DNA of 64,000 bases from a virus (Duplodnaviria; Caudoviricetes), in the IMG/VR virus record IMGVR_UViG_3300042890_001190, positions 1,951 to 65,950 of that record; one strand, given 5' to 3'. The notes beneath the pieces were generated by a model. That model did not search any database. It saw nothing but the letters and a program-made list of their open reading frames with translations, and was not told where the DNA came from. The translations under genes were made by a program, and so were the position numbers. Shown here piece after piece: positions 35,565 through 45,977 of this stretch (its first letter is position 1; the number at the start of each line of letters is the position of its first letter).

Positions 35565-37493
35565 TTATGTGGGTGCTGTCTGGCCGAGGTTTGCCAGTTT
35601 GTCGTATAGCTTTTGCAAGTCCGCAAGCCCCGATCCAATCCTGCCCAACTCCGTGGTGTTGCTTGTGGTCGCAGTCGTTGTGACCGGGATGCCTTGCAGC
35701 AAGTCTTTTTGGTACTGGGGCATCTTGTAAGCAAAGTCACGCTGCTCTTCAAACTGCGCCTTGTCGGCGGCCATGCCTTCGGAGGTAATGCCGCGCTGGA
35801 CAGCACCCAGACCGGACAACTGGTCAATGCTCTTCATGCCAAAGTTGGCTCCGAATTGACGCGAAGACTCTTCGTCGCCACGATCTTTCGCATACTGTTG
35901 TTGAGCCAAGTCATAGGCAGTCTTGTACCCCGTGCCGAGCACGCCAGCCTGCTTGTCCAGCAGGTTGCGACGACCCTCAGACTCCATAATGGCCTGACGA
36001 CTGCCGCCGAATGCACCAGCTTTGGTCAAGCGACCGGCGTCTTCCAATCTGGCAATCTGAGACTGGCGGTTCAGCTCTTTGAGTTGCGGATCAAGTGAAG
36101 CCTGCAGGTACGGGTTCATGTACTGTTGAGCCATCTGCGGGGTAAACGTGTTGGTGAACTGACCCGGCTGGTAACCAGCTTGCGCCATCTCGCTACCGCC
36201 AGCAAACGCTTGCTGCTGAAGGTCTGACGCGCCAGCGGTAAGGGGGCCTTGGTAGGCTTGATACGGAGCATTGGCTAGTGCCGCGCCTTGAGCAAGGTAG
36301 TTGGTGACGTACTCGCCAGCCCAAGGGGATAACTGAGATGACGCCGAGGTACCGTATGGGATGACCCCACTGCCAGCTCCACCAGCACCACCGGCGGCAC
36401 CGCCGGCTGCGCCAGCGCCACCTGCAACAAGGTTGCCAGTGTTGAACTTCTGCACCGCGCCACCGCCAGCGTAAGCAGCAGCCAAGCCGCCCATGGTGAA
36501 CTCGTCAGGGTTGATCTCCTTGCCCTGCTCGGTCGTGCCGGTGCGTGCCTTGCGGATTCGATTCATCATCTCATAGAGCTTTTGAGCGCCAGCATCAGAG
36601 TTACCGTTGCCCAAATGAGATACCACGTCAGCCGGAATGACAAACTCTCCGTGACTGAGCGCAGCAGGTTGTTCACCATCAATGCTACTTGGAATTTTGT
36701 CAGCCATTCCATCTGTTTCTCCTTGCAGGTAACGCCCTGCGTCAGCAATACCACCTGCCGCCATCGGAATGCCGCCTTGCTCGGTAAGTTTGGCCGGGAT
36801 TTGCGGCAAGCCCGCACCAGTCGTTTCCGTATTGGATACGGGTTGAGGGTTGTATGCCATTTTCATCTTTCCCGCCCATGGGTTGGCTGCTGGTGTCGGC
36901 GTAGTTCTTGCGGCAGCTTGTAGGCCGGAGGCTTGTGCCGTGGATGCGGCCTTTGCCGCAGACATAGCGTCCGCATCCCCTTGGGGTACATACTGAGTGT
37001 CGGTGAAATACTGACGGCCAGTGGAGCCGGGGACGCGATTGGGATCGTTGTACTGAACCTGCTCGCGCACAGCATCGAGCTTGGGGATTGGCTTGTTGTA
37101 GCCGCCAGTCTGAACCTCATTGCCGCCTGTCAGCATTTTTAAGGCTACTGCAGCGGTGCCTAAGCCAGCCAAATTAACTGATCCGCTGCTTGGGTCAAAC
37201 AAGTATTTCTTTAAAAACGCGCCAGCTTTATCACCTAAAGTTGACTTGGCCAAGTTTGCTAGTGCGTTTAGCTGGTTTGAGTCGGTAATGGTGTTGAGCT
37301 TTCCAAGCTCCTCTGGGGTCAGGTTTCCGTAACCAGACCAATCCACGGCGGAGTCGTCATACGCCACCGACCCTAAGTTCAATCCAGAATCGTCAAATGC
37401 GTTTTGAGTCATGTAATTCATGAACTCTTGATCGCCAGCCGACACATCGTAATCCCGCGCACCAACCGTATCTTGTTCGTCTTCGTATGACAT
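35565..37493 (-). CDS. internal virion / ejection protein
   Basis: 642 aa; MAAGG..GETDGMADKIP..LSHGEFVIPADVV domain; YMNPY..GAFGGSRQ motif. Confidence 0.7.
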   Translation of the reverse strand: MSYEDEQDTVGARDYDVSAGDQEFMNYMTQNAFDDSGLNLGSVAYDDSAVDWSGYGNLTPEELGKLNTITDSNQLNALANLAKSTLGDKAGAFLKKYLFDPSSGSVNLAGLGTAAVALKMLTGGNEVQTGGYNKPIPKLDAVREQVQYNDPNRVPGSTGRQYFTDTQYVPQGDADAMSAAKAASTAQASGLQAAARTTPTPAANPWAGKMKMAYNPQPVSNTETTGAGLPQIPAKLTEQGGIPMAAGGIADAGRYLQGETDGMADKIPSSIDGEQPAALSHGEFVIPADVVSHLGNGNSDAGAQKLYEMMNRIRKARTGTTEQGKEINPDEFTMGGLAAAYAGGGAVQKFNTGNLVAGGAGAAGGAAGGAGGAGSGVIPYGTSASSQLSPWAGEYVTNYLAQGAALANAPYQAYQGPLTAGASDLQQQAFAGGSEMAQAGYQPGQFTNTFTPQMAQQYMNPYLQASLDPQLKELNRQSQIARLEDAGRLTKAGAFGGSRQAIMESEGRRNLLDKQAGVLGTGYKTAYDLAQQQYAKDRGDEESSRQFGANFGMKSIDQLSGLGAVQRGITSEGMAADKAQFEEQRDFAYKMPQYQKDLLQGIPVTTTATTSNTTELGRIGSGLADLQKLYDKLANLGQTAPT

Positions 37494-37504
37494 CTTGATT
37501 TCCT

Positions 37505-40500
37505 TTAGCGTAAGAGGTCTAGTAGTTCATCCACCGATAAATCCCCCGCCAGTAGGTCGTCAATGTACCCACCTGATGCGATTTTAGTCGTTGGCTGCTG
37601 ATTTTGCTGTGGTTTTTTGCTCTGGAATCCGCTGAAGAATCCAGTGTTGAGTGGGCTGGACAGGTCAAAGCCAGCACTGGATTCGACCAACTGCACAGGC
37701 TGCGGAGCCATCCCCGCCCTTTGCATGGACTCAAGCTGCTGCATGATATCTTGGGTACTTATCTGAGCGCGATTTGTGGTGGCTTGAATGTTGGCCTGAC
37801 GGTCGCGTTCTGCGGCAGCCCTCTGATCCGCCACCCGTTGAGCGGCAGTTTGTTCAGCCAACGCAGCGGCTTGCTTTTGCGCCGCAGTCTGAAACTGAGA
37901 GAACATATTGCCAAAATTGACGCCTTGCTGCTCAATCTGTGCGCCTAATTCTGTTCCTTGTTCGCCAATCAGGGCTCGCAACTCTTCTTCGGTATAACCA
38001 AGTTGTTCCAGTAACTCGTCTTTTGTAGTCCCAAGATCATCGGCTAAATCGGCAACACTGTCCTGAACACCACCCAACTGCTCGCCAAAGGCTTCTCCCT
38101 GACCCTCAATCAACGCACGCAGCTCATCTTCGGTGTAACCAAGCCGCTCGAGTAGGTTGGTTTCAGTCTCCCCCAACTGCTCGCCAAACTCCGTGCCTTG
38201 AGCGCCAATTAAGTCTCTTAGCTCCTCCTCGGTGTAGCCAAGCTGTTCAAGCAAGTCGTCTTTGGTTGTTCCCAGTTCCGCAGCCAAGTCAGCTACATCA
38301 TCCCGCACACCACCCAACTGCTCACCAAACTCAACACCCTGCGCTTCGATCTCAGCGCTCAGCTCACTCTCCGTCTTGCCAAGTTGCTCCAACAACGCCT
38401 CTTTGGTCGTGCCAAGCTCGGACGCCACAGACTCTACGGCAGAAGTGATGGCCTCATCACGGCCCAATCCAGCAGCCTCTGCGGCAGCGATGGCATCATT
38501 GAGACGAGTCTCAGCACCTGTAAGCTGTTCCTCAGCCTCAGTCCTTGCGATCTCAATTGCCTCAGCAAGGTTGGTTCCTTGCGCCTCCAAAGCATCGACA
38601 GTCACCTTCTGCGCATCAGTCAGAGCGTTGTACTGCTCTTGCATCTGGGTCTCAAGACTTGAGATGCCGGTAGCAAATTCAGCACGAAGGTTTTCTTCTG
38701 TAGTGCCCAACTGCGCAAGCAAGTCAGCCTGATCAACACCCATCTTTTCAGATAGGCTGTTTAAACCAGCTTGCAATACTGCATCACCCTCAAGTCCGAT
38801 ATCTTTTGCTGCTTGAATTTCTTCGGATAAATCAGCTTGAAGTTTCTCAAATGACGATTGAGTAGCCAAGTCACCTACTGCCGCATCAATCGCAGTGGCT
38901 ACCTCGTCAATGGTTAAGCCCGGATTGGCCTCCATGTAATCTTCAAAGGCGTTTGTTACGTCAGCTTTTGACAAGCCGGGGTTGGCCTCCATGTAGGAAT
39001 CTATGGCATTCTCTACGTCTGTCGGAGTTGCTCCAGTTGGCGCTTTGGCTACCTCTTCGCTAACAATTTCCCGCACTTGATCGGCGGTCAAGTTTGGTAT
39101 TGTGGCAACAGCATCCGAAACAATCTCTTGCACATCCTCCGCAGTCAAGCTTGGGTTGTTTTTAAGAGCGTCATCAACAATTGTCCTTACCTCTTCGGAC
39201 GTGATGTTGGCTGTTGGCAGTGTTGCTGTGCCGTCGGCGGGTAATGTTGTATCGGTTTTGATGGGTAGTGTTGCTGTGGCGTCGGAAGGAATGATGTCTC
39301 CGGGCGCAAGAGTGCCATCAGTGTTGTCCACCACGTTTACATTGCCATTGCCGTCAACAACGAGAGCTGTTTCCGTGTCGGGGTCAACTGACACAACTTC
39401 CCCGCCCGTTGCTGGAGGTGTTGTACCGGTGGTCGTTGTGGTATCGGTCGGTTTGACTGCCGGAAGTTCTTCAGCAAGCGGAATGGTGTTTGTAAGCGGT
39501 TGTGACCCGCTCATAATTTCTTCAAGCGTAGGAGTTCCCAGTAGACCAAATGGGTCTTCGGTGGCTTCTTGCTCCGGGCCAACGGATTGGCCGGGCAACC
39601 TTGGTCCAACAAAGGGCTGCTCAGCAGTATCTTCCGCACGATCCCACGGGCTGGCAGGCGGGTTGCTTGCGCTAACCGACTCCATTGAATCCCCAGACAT
39701 GCCGCCGTACTCGTAGGATACTGCGCCAGTTTCAGCGTCTTTAATTACCTCGTATTTGAAAACCTGAGTTGGGTCATTGGGATTGACGCGCTCAACTTGA
39801 TACCTTGGCTCACCATCTGCTCCAAATTCAAGACCAACCACTTTTTCATTGGCGGACGTTTTTACCCAGTCTGGCGCAGTATTGGCAGCGGTTGTTTCCG
39901 AGGTAACATTTTTTAATGAGTCCAGCGTGCTTTCTGTTTTTTCATCAGTTTCGGTTGGACGGTATATGCCGGTGCCGCCATCAGAGGTGACATAGTTTGG
40001 GTCGTATGTAAAACCTTGAAACTCACCTTGGTAGTTGCTCCCCGCCAGTTGAGTTCCTGACGGCAAATTAACTTTGTCATCTTCTAATCCAGCATCAGTC
40101 AACTGCTGCACTACGTCGCCCTGTGGGGTAGTTTCATCCACAACACGGTTTGAAATACCCGGAGTACCCGCATATTCTTCGGGAGTAATCTTGGGGCCGT
40201 AGGCTAACTTGGCCGCCTGTTGCGTAGCGTAATCAGCCCAGCCAGCGTCTTTTGCCGCCTTGTTGTCTTTCTCTACTTTGATCTGCGTGTTTGCAGCAGA
40301 GATTGCCGAGTTAATCAAAACTTGATCAAGCGGCTTGCCAGAAATAACGCCCTTTATTGCGGTCTTTGCTGCCGCCTGCTCTGCCTTTGAGAGATCGTCA
40401 AAACCATCTATGCCTTTTGCCATGAAGTCCACAGCACCCGACACACCGCCGGAGACGGCCCCGGACAGTAGCGCATCTGAGATATCTTGCCCAGTCAGTA

Positions 40501-41821
40501 TTGCTTTTGTTGCCGATGTAGCAGCGGTTTGAAATGATCTAGTTAAAACGCCAGATGAATCAATTCCGTTTAGGTACGAAGCGCCATCTTTCATAAAATC
40601 TGCGCCGGGAATGTTTGAGACCGCCAAGCTGATGGCGGCACCCTTAATGGCGTCCTCTAAGTCCCCCCCGCTCAAAACTTGAATTGCCATTTGAGCGGCA
40701 ATTTGCTGCGGAATGGACAGCCCCCCAGTGGCAACCGCTATGGCGATCTGACCAACAGGGCCAAGGTCTTGCATGAGGTTGGCTAAGTCGTTGCTCGACG
40801 CATAACTTGTATAGAAGATGGGCATGCCATCCGGCGTGAACTGCACGCGGTAGCCCGTGTTTCCTTTGCCCGCAAACGTGCCGCCCCAAGCGTTACCTGT
40901 TTGACGCTCGCTATATGTGTTGGGTACGGACTGATTTGTAAGTTTGTTGCCGTAAACAGATTGACCGGTTGCCGTAATTGGGACGCCATTGTCAAACTCA
41001 ACTTTTGCTAGATCAACTGGAGTGAATTGCCCACCATCCATGTAGCCGTACTGCGTTTGAACATTTTCTTTGCCGCCGGGAACTGGCACCTCTGTTCCAG
41101 CCTTTCTATCGCTGGGGCCTAACGTATAAGCCCAAGTTCCATCTTGCGTCTGATACGCGGGGCGACCACTGTATGAGTGGTAAGTATCTAGCTGTTCATA
41201 TTGCGGGATTTGACCAAACTGACGGATATCGGTGATACCAATACTTGTCAAAATACGCGCCATATCCTCCGCGTTGGCTTGCGCGGAGCCATGCCCCTGA
41301 CCAGACCACTTTGAGGTAATTCCTTGCCCTAAAATTTGCTGAACAATCCGGTCTTTATCGGCTTGTGTGGTTTCCTTGCTTGGGCCTTTATAGGATGTTT
41401 TTGAACGGAGTATTTTTTCCCGGGGAAGAGGGGCATCCCCTGTGTTGGGGCCTCCGGGCGATCCATCGGCAGAGGGTCCATCGGCGGCGGTTGAGCTGTC
41501 GCCTGTGCCGCCATCCCCGCTATTGCCCTCCCCGCCAGCAGCGTTGCCACCACCGGGAGCGCCAGCGCCAGCACCAGCAGAACTACCGTCGCCCGTGCCA
41601 GCCGCTCCGGGTCCAGCATCACCTCCAGCGGCAGAGGAGGCAGCACCCGTGCCGCCATCTCCACCATCACCACTGGCAGCAGAACCACCATCGCCCCCGG
41701 CGGCAGCACCGCCATCACCGCCCGCAGCGCCCCCTCCATCAAAGTAGACGGTAGGCCAATTGACATCTGGAGACGCCACCAAACCAGCAGCCATTAACCG
41801 GCTAATAATATCGTTGTTCAT
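37505..41821 (-). CDS. large internal virion protein with Gly-rich N-terminus and acidic helical repeats
   Basis: 1438 aa; YFDGGGAAGGDGG..; repeats LGTTKDDLLEQLGYTEEELR; ends IASGGYIDDLL; ATGA-coupled to the QueC-like gene. Confidence 0.7.
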   Translation of the reverse strand: MNNDIISRLMAAGLVASPDVNWPTVYFDGGGAAGGDGGAAAGGDGGSAASGDGGDGGTGAASSAAGGDAGPGAAGTGDGSSAGAGAGAPGGGNAAGGEGNSGDGGTGDSSTAADGPSADGSPGGPNTGDAPLPREKILRSKTSYKGPSKETTQADKDRIVQQILGQGITSKWSGQGHGSAQANAEDMARILTSIGITDIRQFGQIPQYEQLDTYHSYSGRPAYQTQDGTWAYTLGPSDRKAGTEVPVPGGKENVQTQYGYMDGGQFTPVDLAKVEFDNGVPITATGQSVYGNKLTNQSVPNTYSERQTGNAWGGTFAGKGNTGYRVQFTPDGMPIFYTSYASSNDLANLMQDLGPVGQIAIAVATGGLSIPQQIAAQMAIQVLSGGDLEDAIKGAAISLAVSNIPGADFMKDGASYLNGIDSSGVLTRSFQTAATSATKAILTGQDISDALLSGAVSGGVSGAVDFMAKGIDGFDDLSKAEQAAAKTAIKGVISGKPLDQVLINSAISAANTQIKVEKDNKAAKDAGWADYATQQAAKLAYGPKITPEEYAGTPGISNRVVDETTPQGDVVQQLTDAGLEDDKVNLPSGTQLAGSNYQGEFQGFTYDPNYVTSDGGTGIYRPTETDEKTESTLDSLKNVTSETTAANTAPDWVKTSANEKVVGLEFGADGEPRYQVERVNPNDPTQVFKYEVIKDAETGAVSYEYGGMSGDSMESVSASNPPASPWDRAEDTAEQPFVGPRLPGQSVGPEQEATEDPFGLLGTPTLEEIMSGSQPLTNTIPLAEELPAVKPTDTTTTTGTTPPATGGEVVSVDPDTETALVVDGNGNVNVVDNTDGTLAPGDIIPSDATATLPIKTDTTLPADGTATLPTANITSEEVRTIVDDALKNNPSLTAEDVQEIVSDAVATIPNLTADQVREIVSEEVAKAPTGATPTDVENAIDSYMEANPGLSKADVTNAFEDYMEANPGLTIDEVATAIDAAVGDLATQSSFEKLQADLSEEIQAAKDIGLEGDAVLQAGLNSLSEKMGVDQADLLAQLGTTEENLRAEFATGISSLETQMQEQYNALTDAQKVTVDALEAQGTNLAEAIEIARTEAEEQLTGAETRLNDAIAAAEAAGLGRDEAITSAVESVASELGTTKEALLEQLGKTESELSAEIEAQGVEFGEQLGGVRDDVADLAAELGTTKDDLLEQLGYTEEELRDLIGAQGTEFGEQLGETETNLLERLGYTEDELRALIEGQGEAFGEQLGGVQDSVADLADDLGTTKDELLEQLGYTEEELRALIGEQGTELGAQIEQQGVNFGNMFSQFQTAAQKQAAALAEQTAAQRVADQRAAAERDRQANIQATTNRAQISTQDIMQQLESMQRAGMAPQPVQLVESSAGFDLSSPLNTGFFSGFQSKKPQQNQQPTTKIASGGYIDDLLAGDLSVDELLDLLR

Positions 41822-42462
41822 TTCAGTGGTATCCCCGCATCAATGCGCTCTTTACACTTAAAGCACGTACCGCAAACGCCGCCAAAACAGGTCAAAACAA
41901 GCGGCTTAACATCGTCAGGAATGATTTCCCACTGTTGAGCTTTGGTCAAGTGCGACAGTGGAGTCCGCAACCGGTTGTCCCCAGTCATAACTCCCATAAA
42001 TGTTTCCATTTGCCCCCTCATTTGAGGGTTAACGGCTGTAGTGTCCTCGTTGTTCAGACCGTAATACAGGTTTTTAATCTGCGGGTTGTACACAGTCAGC
42101 ATGCCAAGAAAGAACGAGATATACCAACGCTGAAACGAATACTTGTACTCTGGCGTTTCGTTACGGATGGTCCCCAAGTTGGTCATCTGGAGGTCTATCT
42201 CCATCATGGGGACATCCATCTTTTCGGCAATCAACCGAGCGTTAATCCGCTGAGTTGCAAGCCACACCTCAATCGGGCCATACGGCGGCTCCGGCAACGA
42301 TAGCGCAAAGTTAAACGCCACAAACTTCTCACCAGTCCTCTTGAGGTGCGCCATCAACGCAGTAGACTCAACGCCCCCTGAAAAAGCAAGAATTCCCGTG
42401 TAGTCATCCAAGGGAATTGTGGCAACTTCAGGCGGGAGTGGAAAGTAATTCATCTTTGTCAT
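41818..42462 (-). CDS. QueC-like PP-loop ATP pyrophosphatase
   Basis: ILAFSGGVEST PP-loop, PLSHLTKAQ, C-terminal TC..CGTCFKCKER Zn site. Confidence 0.75.
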   Translation of the reverse strand: MTKMNYFPLPPEVATIPLDDYTGILAFSGGVESTALMAHLKRTGEKFVAFNFALSLPEPPYGPIEVWLATQRINARLIAEKMDVPMMEIDLQMTNLGTIRNETPEYKYSFQRWYISFFLGMLTVYNPQIKNLYYGLNNEDTTAVNPQMRGQMETFMGVMTGDNRLRTPLSHLTKAQQWEIIPDDVKPLVLTCFGGVCGTCFKCKERIDAGIPLK

Positions 42463-42480
42463 TTTGATCTAAGCGATGGC

Positions 42481-42810
42481 TTAGCCAACTTTCCAGTTAG
42501 TGCCATCTGAATATACAGGCACGGCCACCGCTCCGCCACCAACCACAGTAGCACCAAATGTGGGGGTCAGTGCGTCGGATACGAATGCTCTTGCACCCAA
42601 GCCAGAGGTTACTGCGCTGGGCAAAGTCGCCACAGTGTAGGGAGACTCCACCCTCAATTGCCCAACGATCTTGTCGAGTTGATTGAAGTACAGACGGAGG
42701 ATGTTGTTCAACTGGTCAAGGTAGCGAGCCTCGTACACCAGCGGCGCGTTGGGCAGGCGTGGTGCTACCACTTGGCTCAGTTGTCTTTCGGACGTAACAA
42801 GACCCGTCAT
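42481..42810 (-). CDS. small tail-associated protein
   Basis: APRLPNAPLVY..LNNILRLYFNQLD; YTVATLPSA..VYSDGTNWKVG. Confidence 0.7.
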   Translation of the reverse strand: MTGLVTSERQLSQVVAPRLPNAPLVYEARYLDQLNNILRLYFNQLDKIVGQLRVESPYTVATLPSAVTSGLGARAFVSDALTPTFGATVVGGGAVAVPVYSDGTNWKVG

Positions 42811-42812
42811 GA

Positions 42813-44915
42813 TTACCTCCGTCCATCGGTGCGAAGTTCAATACGTGGACTTCCCAACTGCCACTGAGTACCCAGTTGAGTTGATGCAATTTTCATAGCC
42901 ATCTGACGCGCCCTGACCCGAATGTTGACCTGCCCATTGTACGTATCGAGATCAATCGGGTAACTCTGGGTTGCGGTGATCGTGGCCTCGGCATTCGTGT
43001 TTACACCACCCACGGACTTGGGGTTGTTGTACCCTGATCCTGAGTTCTTGAGCGGCAGCAACTGCATGGTGAGACTTGGAGTTGTCCCGTCCGTGGACCC
43101 GTTAAAGGTCAAGTCGGGGAGCATGCGCCACGAAAACGCCATGTTGTTGCCGTCGTCAATATCAAACTGTGCGCTGGTAATGGACGCAGAAATCCCCACG
43201 GGATCGGCTAAGGTTCCGTCATCCACGCCGTTTTCATGAGTCACCAAGTTGTTGACGTAAGTGGCTGCGATTGGGTAGTTACGCAACCCACTGTCAATCC
43301 ATGCGGTTCGCTCCAACGACCCGTAGTACCAAACGCCTTCGCCGTTATTTTCTGTGTAGTTGTACACCACATATCTGTCAACCACGTTGGAATTTTCTGA
43401 ACAGTAGAAGAACCAAACTTCGTTGAAGCCTTCATTTGTTCCTGAGAAAATTTGATCCGCTTGAGTCAGGTTTATGTCGCTGTAGATGTACCGACGCAGG
43501 TCACACCGCAGGGTTGAGATACGACCGTCGTATTTGTAGAACTTGTCCACGCCCATCCAGTACGTTACACCCGATGCTACCGCTGCCGCATTGGGGCTGA
43601 TAATGGATATGTTGTCGCCTTGCAACTGTGTGCCCCACACAATCGGAGCGCCAAGGTACTGCAAGGAATACAAGGCTGAATCTGTCCAGACCAAAATTTC
43701 TTGGCGGCTCTGCAGAGCTGTGACAATCTCAGAGCCATGGGATAGCGTGACGCTACCCGCCTGCGTTGTAGCGCTTGGGACCCAATCCAGAGCATTCTCT
43801 TGGTCCGACCACCGGATCAACATTGGGTTGAACACCGAGCTGAGATAGTCGTTTGTGCCAAAGCAAATCACGAACCTGCTGACATCTGAAACAAGAAAGT
43901 AATTTTGGCTCACCGGGGCAGAAAGAGACCCGCCCATCAATGTAAGGTCTATGCCCCGAGGCGAAATGCTTTGAGTCCCCGACTGAGTGCCAGTAGTGGT
44001 GATCAGAGCCCCAGTAGGTGTGGCCGACAGATTAAAAGTGGTTAGCGATACAAATCGTGTGTAATATATTGTTCCCGGCGTAAGGCCCGTGGGTAGATTC
44101 CCGGTAGTCTGGAGTGTGATCGCAGTCAAATCCGGCAGGTTTAGTGAGGTGCTCACCAGCGCAGGTGAAGCGATAGATATGGTTACCGTTGGAGCAACAT
44201 AACCAATGCTGGCATCCCAATAATAGATCGGACCCCCACGCGGCCCGTACAGCAAGTCTTCCCCAAAGTTGCCTTGGCTCCACAGACGAAGGGGGTCTGA
44301 AGATGACTCGCTGTCACCCCATACGCCCGAACTCCATGCGCCAGAACCCCAGCCGGTTTGCGGGGCAACAATGGCCGGACCCGGTGCAATCTGATACACG
44401 GCACTTACAGTGCCGCCCCCGGTTGCGGCAGTGGCGGGTGAAGCTATTGTGATGCTGTAGGACGTAGTGCTGATCAGATTGATCTGATACTCACCACTAA
44501 TGATCTGGCCTCCCACTGCGGTAGCGCCAGAGAAGGTTACGTATCCGCCATCAATATAACCACCCAAAGCATCAGTCACCGCTACTGTGGTTGTGCCGTC
44601 TGTGGTGAAGGGGTTGGTCAGCGTGCGTGCTACGCTGATTGGGGTGATGTCGTAATAAGCCCCGCCGTTCTCAATGTAAAATTTTACGTTGGTGCCCACC
44701 CCCATCAGGTTTTGGTAACCAAGGGTGGCCCAATTCCATAGTGATCTGCAAACACCCGCAAACGTGTTGGCAGAAAGACGCACCCAGCCGCCAATCTTCT
44801 CGGGAGTTCCTTGACGGAAACGCACTTTGTCGGACTCGTACCATCCGTTCTCGTTGGTGTACCGAGTGTTCTCGCGGTTGATCCCGGGCTTGAAGACAAT
44901 CTTTTTTAGCGGCAT
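42813..44915 (-). CDS. tail nozzle / tubular protein B (P22 gp10-like)
   Basis: 700 aa beta-rich; KPGINRE..VRFRQG.PEKIGGW, LIRWSDQEN, ends RTDGRR. Confidence 0.75.
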   Translation of the reverse strand: MPLKKIVFKPGINRENTRYTNENGWYESDKVRFRQGTPEKIGGWVRLSANTFAGVCRSLWNWATLGYQNLMGVGTNVKFYIENGGAYYDITPISVARTLTNPFTTDGTTTVAVTDALGGYIDGGYVTFSGATAVGGQIISGEYQINLISTTSYSITIASPATAATGGGTVSAVYQIAPGPAIVAPQTGWGSGAWSSGVWGDSESSSDPLRLWSQGNFGEDLLYGPRGGPIYYWDASIGYVAPTVTISIASPALVSTSLNLPDLTAITLQTTGNLPTGLTPGTIYYTRFVSLTTFNLSATPTGALITTTGTQSGTQSISPRGIDLTLMGGSLSAPVSQNYFLVSDVSRFVICFGTNDYLSSVFNPMLIRWSDQENALDWVPSATTQAGSVTLSHGSEIVTALQSRQEILVWTDSALYSLQYLGAPIVWGTQLQGDNISIISPNAAAVASGVTYWMGVDKFYKYDGRISTLRCDLRRYIYSDINLTQADQIFSGTNEGFNEVWFFYCSENSNVVDRYVVYNYTENNGEGVWYYGSLERTAWIDSGLRNYPIAATYVNNLVTHENGVDDGTLADPVGISASITSAQFDIDDGNNMAFSWRMLPDLTFNGSTDGTTPSLTMQLLPLKNSGSGYNNPKSVGGVNTNAEATITATQSYPIDLDTYNGQVNIRVRARQMAMKIASTQLGTQWQLGSPRIELRTDGRR

Positions 44916-44949
44916 GAAGGGTTACCTCAGTTTCACGGCATTTTCGCAC

Positions 44950-45453
44950 TTAACTCAGGAACAGCGCAATCTCTGCTTTGCGGCGGCGCACCAGTCCCGG
45001 CAACACCTTGCCTCCAGCTTTTGACCAAGACATAAACGCTTCTGCTGCGCCTTCCCAGTCCTCTCGCAAAATTTTCTGGCGGATGGTGCTGCGCTGGAAG
45101 TTGCCCGAGCCTACATTGAAGGCCAGAGCGACGCAAGCGTCAAACTTGCACTGATGGCCAGCCAGATTGGGAGCAAGTCGAAGAACACTGCGTTCAAAAG
45201 AAACGAGGTCATCTTTGAAAATCTCAACCAGTTCCTCTTTCGACCAGACCCGGCTGTCCTCGGGTTTGAGTTGGTAGTCATCACGGATCATCCCGGTGTA
45301 TGTTCCTGTACGCACGTTGGGCAGGCGCAACTGATCGCCGTACATGGCGTGGCCCCACCCAACAGTCCAGATTTTTGCACTGCATTTGTAGGGCTTGTTT
45401 CGGTAGCCCTCAAATTCGTGCATCAAGTGGATGCCTTTGTCTGAAGTTTTCAC
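44950..45453 (-). CDS. endolysin, GH24 lysozyme
   Basis: FEG..PYKC..WTVGWGH, FDACVALAFNVG, GGKVLPGLVRRRKAE. Confidence 0.9.
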   Translation of the reverse strand: MKTSDKGIHLMHEFEGYRNKPYKCSAKIWTVGWGHAMYGDQLRLPNVRTGTYTGMIRDDYQLKPEDSRVWSKEELVEIFKDDLVSFERSVLRLAPNLAGHQCKFDACVALAFNVGSGNFQRSTIRQKILREDWEGAAEAFMSWSKAGGKVLPGLVRRRKAEIALFLS

Positions 45454-45977
45454 TTCTTGCTCCAGCCGCGTGACCCGAACCAGAAGCCGATCACGCCACC
45501 AAGCATCGCCATCTCATCGGCGCTGAACAGCAGGTCGGCATACTTCACAACATCGTCAATGCTGGTAATCAGGTCAGGATGGTTCCACAAGTAGACCGCC
45601 ATGAAAGCGTTGATGGCACACAGCTCAAACACAAAGATGTATGTCACCGTAGGGCGCACAGTGCCCACGTAGTTAGCCACCCATGTGGACGCCTTAGCCA
45701 GCACTGCCTTGTCGTGCTCTTGAGCGCCTTGCACCATGCCAGCTTCGGCCTCGGCCATCTGCGCTTGGGTCTGCATGGCGACCTGTTCAGTGCGGATTTC
45801 CTCGATCTTGGCCTGCGCTGCAAAACCAGCAGCGGCCATTTGCAACTCACGTTCGGTCTGCATCTGCGCCAGTGCCAGTTCGTGCTTTTGGTCAGCCTTG
45901 TTCTGGAAGTACTCCAGCAGCTTTGGCAGGCCGGAGATCAACAGACCCCCAAGAGTTGAGAATAGTGAAAGCATCAA
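45450..45977 (-). CDS. holin-like membrane protein
   Basis: N-terminal and C-terminal TM segments, VRPTVTY, IGFWFGSR; adjacent to lysozyme. Confidence 0.7.
   Translation of the reverse strand: MMLSLFSTLGGLLISGLPKLLEYFQNKADQKHELALAQMQTERELQMAAAGFAAQAKIEEIRTEQVAMQTQAQMAEAEAGMVQGAQEHDKAVLAKASTWVANYVGTVRPTVTYIFVFELCAINAFMAVYLWNHPDLITSIDDVVKYADLLFSADEMAMLGGVIGFWFGSRGWSKK

Noticed and set aside
41818-42462. Complete 7-deazaguanine DNA modification system
   Set aside because: No dpdA, folE, queD or queE recognised in the window
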